IMG/VR virus record: IMGVR_UViG_3300021142_000012
Span: 32,001-96,000 of that record
Source: a virus
Length of the DNA: 64,000 bases
Strand: one strand, 5' to 3'
Every line of letters starts with the position of its first letter. The first letter of the stretch is position 1. The position numbers and the translations under genes were made by a program. Below, piece by piece: positions 26,394-36,824 of the stretch. Below the pieces are notes generated by a model. It searched no databases and was not told the DNA's origin. It saw only the letters and a list, made by a program, of their open reading frames with translations.

Positions 26394-28592
26394 TTATAAA
26401 TGGGCTGGATTCCAGGTACCAACTATTACTACAATTCCTGATCCACCAACTGATGAACTTACAGTTGCACCAGATCCGCCGCCACCGCCACCAGTATTGG
26501 CAGTACCATCGGCACCTAGACTAGTATTTGAACTAGATCCTGCGCCACCGCCATATCCACCGCTAGCACCACCTGAGTATGCTCCGCCACCGCCACCGAC
26601 GTTAAACACAGATCCGTTAAAATTATAACTTACACCTGTACCACCTGTACCACCGCTACCTTGGCCTCCAGCACCACCACCGCCGCCACCAGATCCAGTA
26701 GCTCCTGCAAAACCTTGACCACTTGTACCAGCACCTCCAGCAGTACCGGCACCACCGCCACCAGAACCACCACTCAATGCGCCACCGTCTGCACCGCCTC
26801 CACGTCCACCACCATAGGCAGTATAGCCAAAAGCTGAACTATTTCCGCCTGTGCTTGCACTTGCGCCACCATTACCAACTGTTATGGTATAGATTGTTCC
26901 CGGTGTAGCAGGAACACCAGTTTGATGTAATACGCCACCGGCGCCACCGCCGCCGCCACCACTTCCACCATTGCGACCACCACCACCACCACCTCCTACT
27001 ACTAGTATTTCAAGATTGCCAACTAGGCTAGCAGGTGCTGTCCATGCTTGTGTAGAAGCCGAAGTAAATGTCTGTACCTGTGTCGATACATTAGAAGTGA
27101 TAATATAAGAAATAGCGACTATTGCAGAGTTACCAGTTTGATCAGTCATACTTAGACTAAAATTAAAAGTACCGTAGGTCGTTGGCGTTCCGGTAATAGT
27201 TAATGTATTGATTCCCGATACAGTTGTTGGTAAGGTTATTCCCGGTGGCATTGTACCGCTAGATAATGCAAATGTATAGGGTGCTTGACCACCAGAGGGG
27301 GTAAAGGTTTGGCTACTTGATACGTAACGAACTGCATTTACCGATGTAGGAGATAATCCAGTAATAGTACTTACTGTGGTTATAAACTGAGAAGTTGTTG
27401 ATGTTGCCGGAGGTAGTGCGTGCGATACATACGAACCTGTTGAATAATAGGCTTGCACATTACTAGTAACTATTCCGTCAACTACTTCGTCAATATTATA
27501 AGGAGAATTTTCACCTATTGAATTGTCTTCAAATAATACTGTAAAATATAAATTTGGGGCGATATAATACGCTTGGATTTTATAATCATTAGCCGTGTAG
27601 GCTGCATCTGCAGAAGTACTCTTTGAAAATATTGTTTGAGCACTAGTTGTTAGCTGCTGAAAACCAATGTTAGATGTTGTACCAGATCCTGTACAGGTTG
27701 TGCTATTATAGTTAAAATATATAGTACCCATTCCAGTAAATATTGTATTCCACGATATATCTTTACGATTGCTACTAGCACTAAATCCACCACCAGGTGC
27801 GGCTAATGTGGCGCTAAATTCTATCCTAGCACCTGCATTAAAAAATCCTCTGGCAGTGTTATCATCTGCAAATGGGATCGTAACCGTATGTTGAATAGTA
27901 CTGTTCCATCCTCCTCCATTTTGCAAAGCACCAAAGCTAAATGAACTATGACTGGCCATGTTAGTAGGCGGAACTGCTAGTCTGTTCGTTATGCAATCGT
28001 TGGCCATCGATAGGTATGCAGCTCGATCGGCATCTGTAATTTTATATCCTAGTGTTGTACTAGTTGTAGTATTATACGGCTCTGTTACTGTACTTCCTAA
28101 GTCAGTACCTGTTTGGTGCCAACGGCAACGTAACAAGTCTGATCTAAGATTGTGCCACTGTAGTGCTGATATTTTTGCATTAGCAGACACTTGACTACTA
28201 CTAACTGACTGATTATAACCAAAAGTTTTATCGGCAACGCTTGTTATAGGATTAGTGCCGCCCACTCCTAATACGGCTGCTACATATTGTTGTATTGTAT
28301 TGTAATCGTTATTAACACTTGAAGATGGTACATTTCCTACTCCTGGGCCAAGTGTTGGGCCGGCGTCAGTAAATGTTATTGTTGCACCAGATGCAACAGT
28401 TCCAGCATTTACTACTGTTAGAGTTACTGTATTACCTACAATTGATTGTACTTTAGCACCAGATCCAATATTTGTACCGGCAACAGACATCCCAGGAAGA
28501 ATTGGCTGTCCCAATACCTGGTTTACATTGATTGTATTACTACCGCTAGTTGATGTTTGTGTTGTAGTAGTTGTTACTATACGTGCCGTCAT
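26394..28592 (-). CDS. Virion/tail-associated protein: core domain, Ig-like domain and Gly-rich C-terminal domain
   Basis: Core is paralogous to the ORF at 28641 (YNQ.V.SSQV...QW.NLR.D...WHQTG...FFN.G). Ig-like SGGQAPYTF...GTPT segment; ILVVGGGGGGG Gly-rich domain. Confidence 0.7.
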   Translation of the reverse strand: MTARIVTTTTTQTSTSGSNTINVNQVLGQPILPGMSVAGTNIGSGAKVQSIVGNTVTLTVVNAGTVASGATITFTDAGPTLGPGVGNVPSSSVNNDYNTIQQYVAAVLGVGGTNPITSVADKTFGYNQSVSSSQVSANAKISALQWHNLRSDLLRCRWHQTGTDLGSTVTEPYNTTTSTTLGYKITDADRAAYLSMANDCITNRLAVPPTNMASHSSFSFGALQNGGGWNSTIQHTVTIPFADDNTARGFFNAGARIEFSATLAAPGGGFSASSNRKDISWNTIFTGMGTIYFNYNSTTCTGSGTTSNIGFQQLTTSAQTIFSKSTSADAAYTANDYKIQAYYIAPNLYFTVLFEDNSIGENSPYNIDEVVDGIVTSNVQAYYSTGSYVSHALPPATSTTSQFITTVSTITGLSPTSVNAVRYVSSSQTFTPSGGQAPYTFALSSGTMPPGITLPTTVSGINTLTITGTPTTYGTFNFSLSMTDQTGNSAIVAISYIITSNVSTQVQTFTSASTQAWTAPASLVGNLEILVVGGGGGGGRNGGSGGGGGGAGGVLHQTGVPATPGTIYTITVGNGGASASTGGNSSAFGYTAYGGGRGGGADGGALSGGSGGGGAGTAGGAGTSGQGFAGATGSGGGGGGAGGQGSGGTGGTGVSYNFNGSVFNVGGGGGAYSGGASGGYGGGAGSSSNTSLGADGTANTGGGGGGSGATVSSSVGGSGIVVIVGTWNPAHL

Positions 28593-28640
28593 GCGTTATC
28601 CTATACTGTCTAATTGTAGTTATCCCTGTAAAAGGATAAG

Positions 28641-29540
28641 TTAGCCTAAAGCGGTTGAGGATGCTGGTGGCAAAGGAACACTTACATAGGATCCCGAAGC
28701 GTAGTAGGCTTGTACGATACTTGTTGTTATACCATCAACATTGATATCAAAGCCATATGGTGGGGGATTACCGGTTGCATTATCTTGAAATTGGATATTT
28801 AATGTTAAGTTTCCTGTACCATCGTACTTGGCTTGTACTACATAATCGTTAGCTGAATAAACTCCAGCTGGGGCAGGTTTAACAAATATAATACTATAAA
28901 CATTATTCAGTTCATAAAACCCAATACTAGAAGTATTTCCAGTGCCAGTGCAGGTAGTACTATGAGCTTTTAGGTAAACAGTGCCCATGCCAGCAAACAT
29001 TGACTGCCATGTTATATCTTTATTATTACTAGCACCACTAAATGTTCCTGTTTGAGTTGCACTTAATTCAATCCTACTACCTGTATTAAAAAAGAATCTA
29101 GCAGCATCATGGCTTGGCCAATTTATAGTTACTGTGTGCTGTATAGTACCATTCCATGCAGCAGATCTAACTACATTGCCAAAACTAAAACTACTGCGAG
29201 AAGCCTGTAAAGTTGGAGCATCAACTAGTCTATTTGCAAGAGCATTATTACTTTGTAGCAAATATGCTGCTCTATCGCTTTCAGTAATAGTAGTACTATG
29301 AGTAGGAACTGTTAATGCACCACTGTTATCAACACCGGTCTGATGCCACAGAGCATTTAAAATATCTGTTCTTAAATTTTGCCATTGCTGAGCAGAAACT
29401 GGGTTTTTAGGTGCTACTTGACTGCTATTTACAGTTTGACCATAACCAGTATCGCCTGATCCACTGCCTAGTACTATTCCAATGTTAGATTGTATCTGGT
29501 TATAGTCTGCCGCTATTATTGCTGTGTATTGACCTGCCAT
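28641..29540 (-). CDS. Virion structural protein
   Basis: Paralog of the core of 26394-28592; S/T/G/N-rich. Confidence 0.7.
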   Translation of the reverse strand: MAGQYTAIIAADYNQIQSNIGIVLGSGSGDTGYGQTVNSSQVAPKNPVSAQQWQNLRTDILNALWHQTGVDNSGALTVPTHSTTITESDRAAYLLQSNNALANRLVDAPTLQASRSSFSFGNVVRSAAWNGTIQHTVTINWPSHDAARFFFNTGSRIELSATQTGTFSGASNNKDITWQSMFAGMGTVYLKAHSTTCTGTGNTSSIGFYELNNVYSIIFVKPAPAGVYSANDYVVQAKYDGTGNLTLNIQFQDNATGNPPPYGFDINVDGITTSIVQAYYASGSYVSVPLPPASSTALG

Positions 29541-29549
29541 GATATACCT

Positions 29550-31091
29550 TTAAAGAATAACTGCTTCAATTACTTTTACATTCTGATCGGGATTGTCTTC
29601 TAATGCTATGGCCATTATTCCAAAAGGCGGAATAGTTTGATTTGTACCCCAATTAACTGTTACTGCGCAACCGTCTGGGCCTGCAACCAACTGGTCGCCT
29701 TTACAAACTGCTCCTAATACTTTAACTGGTACTCGTCCTTTAAGTGCAACATAAACACCGCCTACTAGTTCGCTATTCATCATAAACGCAGGATTAGTTG
29801 ATATTGCACCTAATGCATAATCACCAAACTGACAAGCTGTAATTTCTTTATCGCCGCCTACTGTAACTACAGTACCAACTTCGTATTCTGCATCTGGTAG
29901 ATATTTCTCTGCTAAGTCAGCATAGTTAGCTGCTGTAGCTGTTCCTGAGAAGAAATTAGCTAATAATGAACCTGCTGTAACTGTTACACCATTAATAACT
30001 TGATCACTTGCTGTTCTCATTGCAACTGTGTCTGCAACTGCTGTAGCACTTGGATATTTTCCAACACCACCAAGTATTAATGTCTGTGCGGATGTTGCTG
30101 TTCCAGAGAATGTGTTAGCATAAACTGTACGCCATTGATTTAAATTAGTACCGATATCATTTGTGTTGCTGGTACCTGGTTGTAATGTTGTTCCGATTAG
30201 GGCTAGTGGAGTAACTGTTGCACTATTTGATTGAGTTTGAAATACAATCTTATCATTGATAATATTTTCAACTGTAGGATACAGTGTTGCATCTCCTGTC
30301 CAGGATGCAGTATTGAATACGTGCAATCTTGCAGGATTTCCTACAGTATATCCAATATCGGCAAACTGTACTAGTGTACTAAATGTTGCATTTGAAGATA
30401 ATGTAAAGTTACTAATATCATAACCGGCTAAGCGATCACTGTTAGATGCTGTTCCCCAGAATCTATGATTACTTGTAGTTTGACCTAATTGACTATTATT
30501 ATTTGTGTAGGCCAATGTAATACCCTGATGAATGTCTGTAAATCCTGTAATAGGATTAACTGAACCATCTAGTGTGAATGTTGCATCTGGGCTAATAATA
30601 TAAACTACTTGATTATTAGCTAGTGCTTCGATGACTGCATGACTATTGCCTAATACATCACGAACGCTGACAGATTGCATCTGTGTTGTTCCAGACCCTG
30701 CAACACCCTGTGGGCCAATTAGAACATAGCTACTTCCGTTCCAAGTATATAGTTGATTATTAACACTGTCGTACCAAAAATCACCGGCAGTTAATCCTGT
30801 AGGTGCTGTAGAAGAAGTTGTCGAGCCGCCGGTTGTGCGCCAGTTACTATTTTGATCATAGAACTTTAGCTTGTTGTTTGATGTATCATACCATAATTGT
30901 CCGGGTAATGGCTTACCTGGAGCATTATTATTGGCAAAATTTTCTAACAGATAGACAAAATTTTCATTTTGGATCGCACCGTAGCCGGCATAGTTTTTAC
31001 CTACAAGTTTTAAATCAAGTGTTTGATCAACAGTTCCGTCGGCTACAACTGTAATTTGTGTTCCGTTATATCTATTAATGGTATATGGCAT
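29550..31091 (-). CDS. Tail fibre-like protein with a C-terminal chaperone/peptidase-G2-like domain
   Basis: Shared N-terminus GKNY.GYG...ENF..LLENFA...GQLWYD; C-terminal YADLAEKY...GRVPVKV. Confidence 0.7.
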   Translation of the reverse strand: MPYTINRYNGTQITVVADGTVDQTLDLKLVGKNYAGYGAIQNENFVYLLENFANNNAPGKPLPGQLWYDTSNNKLKFYDQNSNWRTTGGSTTSSTAPTGLTAGDFWYDSVNNQLYTWNGSSYVLIGPQGVAGSGTTQMQSVSVRDVLGNSHAVIEALANNQVVYIISPDATFTLDGSVNPITGFTDIHQGITLAYTNNNSQLGQTTSNHRFWGTASNSDRLAGYDISNFTLSSNATFSTLVQFADIGYTVGNPARLHVFNTASWTGDATLYPTVENIINDKIVFQTQSNSATVTPLALIGTTLQPGTSNTNDIGTNLNQWRTVYANTFSGTATSAQTLILGGVGKYPSATAVADTVAMRTASDQVINGVTVTAGSLLANFFSGTATAANYADLAEKYLPDAEYEVGTVVTVGGDKEITACQFGDYALGAISTNPAFMMNSELVGGVYVALKGRVPVKVLGAVCKGDQLVAGPDGCAVTVNWGTNQTIPPFGIMAIALEDNPDQNVKVIEAVIL

Positions 31092-31110
31092 TTGCTAAGT
31101 CCTCAGTGCT

Positions 31111-31119
31111 TGTATTTAT
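31111..31119 (-). promoter_or_regulatory. Putative late promoter motif ATAAATACA
   Basis: Intergenic, about 20 nt upstream of the start at 31091. Confidence 0.6.
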
Positions 31120-31132
31120 GCTATTTTAGCTG

Positions 31133-32785
31133 TTATAAGTTTTGTGTGAATGCCCAAGAGCCGGCAGTAAGGGTAAACAATTTTTTATAAACAACACTAC
31201 TTTGTGTGGTCCATAGACGGCAAATTACCCCGTTTTGATGTTCTGCCGGGGGGAACATTACAGTGATTACATTAGTAGCTATCTGCGCATCTGTTTGCCC
31301 TGTAGTATCGATATTTCCTAATGCCAAGGGTTGGCTGCTTGCTGTAGTATCTACGTAACTCTTGTTGGCTGCGTCGGTATTCTGTGTCGGGGTAGCTACA
31401 CTAGTAATTTTAGAACTACTTACATCAACTGTTCCTGTACCTTTAGGAGTTAGAGTAAGTGTTCCGTTAACAATACTTGGATTTGTAAAACTGATTGTGC
31501 TGCCAACAATACCAACGTTTGCTGCCTGAAGGGTGGTTAACGCACCAATACTAGTTAATCCCGGGGCACTTGTAACTGTTGGGCCTAGTTGATTATAAGA
31601 TAATACAGTAAATCCATTGATATTATAGGTTTTTGTATTAGCAACGTTAATAGTTTCTGAACTATTCCAGCTGGTAGTACTATTGCTCCATGTAATTGAT
31701 TTATCAGTAGTACCGTGTAGTACAATTCCACCACCATCTGCTGTAGTATCTGTAGGAGTAGCAACACTGCCTAATTCAATATATTTGTCACTTACTTTTA
31801 TAACTGTGGTATTAATTGCTGTCGTGGACCCTTTAACAGTTAAGCTACCTCGAATAACAGTATCACCATTAACATCTAACGCTGCTGTAGGCAACACAGT
31901 GTTGATACCGACATATTGGCTAGCAGCGTTAATGAAGAAGTTAGTCTGGACTCCGCCTGTTGTTAAAGTTTGAATTTGATAATTCTGCCCAACACTATTA
32001 CTTGCTAGGGTGCATAAACCAGAACTTACAACAAACTCGTTATTTTGATTAGGACCAAAAATTAATGGAATGCTATTAGCAATGGTTACTGTTCCTACAG
32101 TACTGGTATTGCCCAACGAGCTCATAAATGATTCTGCTGGTTTTAAAGTACCGTCAGCTGCTAATAAGTTTTGAGCTTTTTGAGTCAGAACATTAAATGT
32201 AATTCCATTATAGCTACCGGCTGTAAAACCAACACCTATACTTCCGCTAAAACCAGCAATAGCTACCTGTGGAGTAAATGCAGTTGAACTAAAGATTCCC
32301 ATTAACACTCGAGACACATACAACAATGTAATTGTATGTGTAACATTCGATGTATCTAAAATATCAATAGTTTGAAATCCTGATACTCCTTGTTGATCAG
32401 TATACTGTGGACCTGCTAGATAAGTTGCAGAACCATCATTAAAATATAATTGTTTTCTAAGGCTATCAATCCAAATATCGCCCTGTACTAGCGTGGGAAT
32501 TGAAGAACTTACAATAGTACCGCCTGAGACTTTAAATCCGTTGCTGTCATATACTTTTAATCGACCTTGACTAGTATCGTACCATAATTGACCTTGAACA
32601 GGATTGCTAGGTTGGCTAGTATTTGCAAAATTTTGTAATATTTTTATAAAATTTTCATTAAGATACTGACCATATGCTGTGGCATTTTTACCTATCAGTG
32701 TTATATCTGTAGAAATTTGATCAATAGTGCCATCAACTACACTAGTTAAAACACTGCCGTCGACTCTAGTAATTGTATAACTCAT
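31133..32785 (-). CDS. Tail fibre/baseplate-associated structural protein
   Basis: Same N-terminal family (GKN...ENF...NFA...GQLWYD); DAANKSYVD fibre motif. Confidence 0.7.
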   Translation of the reverse strand: MSYTITRVDGSVLTSVVDGTIDQISTDITLIGKNATAYGQYLNENFIKILQNFANTSQPSNPVQGQLWYDTSQGRLKVYDSNGFKVSGGTIVSSSIPTLVQGDIWIDSLRKQLYFNDGSATYLAGPQYTDQQGVSGFQTIDILDTSNVTHTITLLYVSRVLMGIFSSTAFTPQVAIAGFSGSIGVGFTAGSYNGITFNVLTQKAQNLLAADGTLKPAESFMSSLGNTSTVGTVTIANSIPLIFGPNQNNEFVVSSGLCTLASNSVGQNYQIQTLTTGGVQTNFFINAASQYVGINTVLPTAALDVNGDTVIRGSLTVKGSTTAINTTVIKVSDKYIELGSVATPTDTTADGGGIVLHGTTDKSITWSNSTTSWNSSETINVANTKTYNINGFTVLSYNQLGPTVTSAPGLTSIGALTTLQAANVGIVGSTISFTNPSIVNGTLTLTPKGTGTVDVSSSKITSVATPTQNTDAANKSYVDTTASSQPLALGNIDTTGQTDAQIATNVITVMFPPAEHQNGVICRLWTTQSSVVYKKLFTLTAGSWAFTQNL

Positions 32786-34929
32786 AGTATTAACCCGGTA
32801 AAGATGATATAATTAATTGTTTGATATGGATTCATAAGGCTTACTGGTTGCCCTGTTGCTGAAGTTACACCACCACTGCTCGGATAACCAGATCCAGTAC
32901 TGCTAGCAGGAAGTCCTAGTCCAGGAATCGCGTTTGAATCTGGAACGCCGTTAGGTAATCCAGCAGCATAATATTGTGCATTACCACTATTTAAAGTATG
33001 TCTATGATCTGGCAAATTTGTAACATCAAGTGTTTTAGATTGTGAACCAGAGGTAGATCCAATAACTTGAGCAGTAACATCTGTTACGTGATTTGCCGGA
33101 GTTGTAATTGTTGTAATATTTTTTGTAGGATCAGCAATACTTGGAACAGTATTTCCTCCATCCATATTATCGGCACCTAACGGAAAACGTCCACGCAAGT
33201 CTGGCAACGCAAAAGTTTTAACACCTTGTAGACCTGTAAGTTTGTAGGTATATCCGATCACTTGGAATAATTGATAATACTTTGATATTAATACCTCGCT
33301 TCCGTCACAGAACAAATAACCATTAGGTGGGTTGGCGCCTGCATAAGGCATTATTGCGCCAACCGGTACTGTTGCTACATTTCCTAAAAAAGAGGCTTTG
33401 CTTGTAGCTTTTAATCCAACCCCTGACGGATCTAATGAGCTGCTTCTATAAATTAAAAATAAATCTGAATCGTAGCTGAGTGTAGTTGCTGTTTGATTTG
33501 TGATAACTGTGGAACTTAAACTAGTTTGAAAGGTTAGTGTGCCAGTTGGACTTTGTCCATTAAAATTAATAACTGGCGATGTTACATCTCCTGCTAGACT
33601 ATATGCAGTTGCACTTGCTAATGCACTTGCTGTACCTGTAATATTTCCTGATAGTGTACCACTAAAGCTGCCGGTGAATTGTCCATTAAAATAATCAGAA
33701 TACACATTTCGAAAAGGTCTAGTTGGTGTACCAATATCGTATAAATGAGCAGCAGCATCGCTACCTGGTTGTATAACTGCACCTGCTTGTGGATTACCGT
33801 TTTGACCGTTTGATAGATTATTAAGGCTGACAGTTCCATAAGCAGTTATGGTTCCACCAAAGTTACTGTTTAAATTTACACTAAGTCCACCAGTTGTAAC
33901 CAATGCACCAGTGCCTACATGAGTAGAATCTAAATTACTTTGATTATAAATTTCACCGCTGGCTTTAATATTACCTGCAACATCTAATGCTTCTTGTGGA
34001 TTAGTATTGTTTTTACCAATACCGATATATTCACTAGAATCTAAATGTAGGACTGTGGTTAATCCATCGAGTGTATTGTTAACCTGAAAATTAATACTTG
34101 CGCCCGCAGTATTATTATATAATAATGTTTGTGTACTATCACTAGTTATATTAAAATTAAGACTGCTACCAAGACTTAGTCCGCCTGCGCTATTAATTTG
34201 TAAAGGAAAATTTGTTTTACTGGTTTGATCGCTTCTTAAGAAATTTAAAGCTGATACACTAGAACCATTATAATTTAAATTATCAGCAACATAAGCTCTT
34301 CCATATAGTGTATTAGCACTCTGTGCTGGGTCATTAGAACTATTTGCAATATTAATTCCAGGATAAATTGTTACAAATCCAGGAATAGCACTCTTCGGTG
34401 TAAATTTTTCTGATGCAACGATAGATATTCTATTGTTGTTTGCATAGTATGTAATAACACTGTGATTAACTGGAGGATTACCTGCATCAAGAATATTTTC
34501 TACGATTGGACCGGTTTGTGTACCAGCAGCAAATTGTGGCCCAACTAATAACCAATTCGATCCAGAATAGATATATAATTGTTTGTTAGTGGTGTCAATC
34601 CAAAGATCGCCAACCATGCCGGTAGGAGCTGAAGTTGCTTTTTTAACAGCTCCGGCGGCATTCCATTGTGTACCGTCCCATACTTTTAATAGGTTAACAC
34701 CTGTACTATTATCATACCAAAGTTGTCCTTGTATTGGACTATTAGGTGCTGTTGGTGCAGCAAAATTTTCTAATAAGTGTAAAAAGTTTTGAGCAAGTAC
34801 CGGCGCATACCCGTTATAATTTTTTCCAGGAAATGTTACACTAGTTTGACTATTAAGAGTTTGATCAGCTACTGTGATCGTTGGTTTAGCAGGATTATTT
34901 GTTTCCGTGAAGTTAACTTGATAACTCAT
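32782..34929 (-). CDS. Short tail fibre-like protein with a phage tail collar domain
   Basis: Shared N-terminus; collar motif PVGAIMPYAG...GYLFCDG...LPDLRGRFPLG; C-terminal NPYQTINYII. Confidence 0.8.
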   Translation of the reverse strand: MSYQVNFTETNNPAKPTITVADQTLNSQTSVTFPGKNYNGYAPVLAQNFLHLLENFAAPTAPNSPIQGQLWYDNSTGVNLLKVWDGTQWNAAGAVKKATSAPTGMVGDLWIDTTNKQLYIYSGSNWLLVGPQFAAGTQTGPIVENILDAGNPPVNHSVITYYANNNRISIVASEKFTPKSAIPGFVTIYPGINIANSSNDPAQSANTLYGRAYVADNLNYNGSSVSALNFLRSDQTSKTNFPLQINSAGGLSLGSSLNFNITSDSTQTLLYNNTAGASINFQVNNTLDGLTTVLHLDSSEYIGIGKNNTNPQEALDVAGNIKASGEIYNQSNLDSTHVGTGALVTTGGLSVNLNSNFGGTITAYGTVSLNNLSNGQNGNPQAGAVIQPGSDAAAHLYDIGTPTRPFRNVYSDYFNGQFTGSFSGTLSGNITGTASALASATAYSLAGDVTSPVINFNGQSPTGTLTFQTSLSSTVITNQTATTLSYDSDLFLIYRSSSLDPSGVGLKATSKASFLGNVATVPVGAIMPYAGANPPNGYLFCDGSEVLISKYYQLFQVIGYTYKLTGLQGVKTFALPDLRGRFPLGADNMDGGNTVPSIADPTKNITTITTPANHVTDVTAQVIGSTSGSQSKTLDVTNLPDHRHTLNSGNAQYYAAGLPNGVPDSNAIPGLGLPASSTGSGYPSSGGVTSATGQPVSLMNPYQTINYIIFTGLIL

Positions 34930-34930
34930 C

Positions 34931-35545
34931 TTATACTCCTGCTAGGCCGGTAAGGCTTTGGATACGTACGGTATAATCTATCTGTATAAGTCTGTTTAAA
35001 CTTTTTTGTACAGGATGGAATATTACATGAGTCAATAAGGTAGCAACCTTAGTTGTATTATTGTAGGCTACTAGTCCTAGTTCGTCAAACACTGCTGGAC
35101 TATTGTTATTATTTGAATTATCAAAGGCACTTTGTCCTGTAATATTTTCGCCGTAGTCTAATAGACAAGTAACTAGTATATCAGAATAGTTAGTACCAGT
35201 TACGTGACGCACTTCCATAAAATTTCTCGTTGGATCTGTATTTAGAGTCGAATTTCCGTCAACTACTTTACTGTAAGTTTGGTTGTAAAGTCCGGCATTA
35301 GATCCAGAGCTATTAGGAGTTAGATAGGTAATAATTCCGGTAGGATCAACTGCCGTGCCGCCTGTACCGAATGCCATTTGGCTGATTAATCCTTGCCCTT
35401 GATTAGAAAGACTTTGAGCCAAAGCATAACTCATGTTCTCGTAATGGATAGCATTACGCTTGTTCACATAGATTTCGTTAGAAACTGGATCAAATATCTT
35501 AATATGACCTTCGATATGTACACCTGTTTGTTCTTTACTCTGCAT
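34931..35545 (-). CDS. Baseplate/tail structural protein
   Basis: 204 aa within the tail module; contains FDELGL...THVIFHPVQKS. Confidence 0.65.
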   Translation of the reverse strand: MQSKEQTGVHIEGHIKIFDPVSNEIYVNKRNAIHYENMSYALAQSLSNQGQGLISQMAFGTGGTAVDPTGIITYLTPNSSGSNAGLYNQTYSKVVDGNSTLNTDPTRNFMEVRHVTGTNYSDILVTCLLDYGENITGQSAFDNSNNNNSPAVFDELGLVAYNNTTKVATLLTHVIFHPVQKSLNRLIQIDYTVRIQSLTGLAGV

Positions 35546-35563
35546 ATTTGTCTCTCTTTATCT

Positions 35564-35572
35564 TGTATTTAT
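35564..35572 (-). promoter_or_regulatory. Putative late promoter motif ATAAATACA
   Basis: Intergenic, about 19 nt upstream of the start at 35545. Confidence 0.6.
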
Positions 35573-35599
35573 CCGTGTTAATTATGTGCTAGTTTAATC

Positions 35600-36823
35600 T
35601 TATCTTGCGCCTGTTGTTTTTCTAGGATAGGTCGGGCCGGTGGTCCTAAATCCGTAATTTTGTTTTGGAAAAACACTACCAGTGCGTATTATTTGATAAA
35701 TTAAATTTCCAGTAGGTGGCCCTAACCCTGTTACAGGATCCCAGCCACTGGTACCTTTGTAACCACTAGTAATTTTAGTATTATTAGTACCTACAGTAAT
35801 ATCATAAAAAGCAGCAGTATGAGCATACGCAATAGCATTCCAATCTGGGCTAGATCTACGCACTCCGGTTAATTGTAAATTACGGGCTAATATTCCTGCT
35901 AGAGTCGGACAAGCAAGACTGGTTCCGCCGTAGCCGCCGATGCTACCATTGATATACAAAGCATAAGCATTCATTGGGCTAGCTATATCTGGGACACCTC
36001 GCATCATTAATGCCGTAGGACTACCTGTTACTCCATTAGTAATAGGTGTATAAAATAAACCAGATTGCCAACTAGGTAAATTAAAGGTCGCACTTACTCC
36101 GCCACCGCCACCCCAGGTACTACCAAATCCCGAATCTCTATTATCATCTGTTTCACTCGATCTATTATTTGCCACAGTAAGTGTGAGTTTTGTTCCACCT
36201 ACTCCGATAGCATATGGACTTGATGCTGGATATACTACCCCTTCGGTAGTTGCTCCCGAACTTACCACGCTGCCGTAGTCTCCGGAGGATGCTAAAAATG
36301 CAATTTTTGCATCAGCCAGTTGTTGAAAATGAATTTCATCACCGGTATACTCTGAGCTACCCCAACTCATACTGCAAATGTGAACACCGTCTGATATAGC
36401 TTGAGCAACCATACTACTAATTTGATTACCAATATATATAGAAATTTCTGCTTGTGGAACAATACAAGCTAGACAAAAAATATCTACAGTATTTTCTCCA
36501 CTACCGTTATCTGGACTTAGACTAAATGTACCGGTTTGGCCATCTAACAAAACTTGTCTGATTGTAGGTGCTGTTAGTGACGAACTAATTAATCCGGCAG
36601 CTTGCAGATCTGCAAACGATTTGTTTAAATCCGACTGAAGAAATCCGCCGCCAAAACTAAAAATAGCAATTTTTATTCCGTAGCCTGTACTAGCAGGGAT
36701 ATTGTATGCTGTTGCTATTTGTGGACTAGAAAGATATCCAGCAGTTGGTAAAGAAGTTGGTACTAATCCTGTTTGAGGATCTTGTACATCAATGGGAAAT
36801 AAATGGACAGGTTGGAAAGTCAT
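35600..36823 (-). CDS. S53 (sedolisin/kumamolisin-like) serine protease, catalytic domain only
   Basis: E-x3-D (ENTVD), SMSWG, oxyanion SSGD, YPASSPY...VGGT, RGVPDI, nucleophile GGTS, and Ca-site DITVG...GWDPVTGLG. Confidence 0.85.
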   Translation of the reverse strand: MTFQPVHLFPIDVQDPQTGLVPTSLPTAGYLSSPQIATAYNIPASTGYGIKIAIFSFGGGFLQSDLNKSFADLQAAGLISSSLTAPTIRQVLLDGQTGTFSLSPDNGSGENTVDIFCLACIVPQAEISIYIGNQISSMVAQAISDGVHICSMSWGSSEYTGDEIHFQQLADAKIAFLASSGDYGSVVSSGATTEGVVYPASSPYAIGVGGTKLTLTVANNRSSETDDNRDSGFGSTWGGGGGVSATFNLPSWQSGLFYTPITNGVTGSPTALMMRGVPDIASPMNAYALYINGSIGGYGGTSLACPTLAGILARNLQLTGVRRSSPDWNAIAYAHTAAFYDITVGTNNTKITSGYKGTSGWDPVTGLGPPTGNLIYQIIRTGSVFPKQNYGFRTTGPTYPRKTTGAR

Positions 36824-36824
36824 A

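Noticed and set aside
26470-27000. Dense ccaccgcc-type short repeats
   Set aside because: They are codons of the Gly-rich domain on the minus strand, with no spacer structure; not a CRISPR array or satellite.
28620-28639. TTATCC-N8-GGATAA inverted repeat between two structural genes
   Set aside because: Only 6 bp, and it overlaps the putative late motif; insufficient evidence for a terminator.
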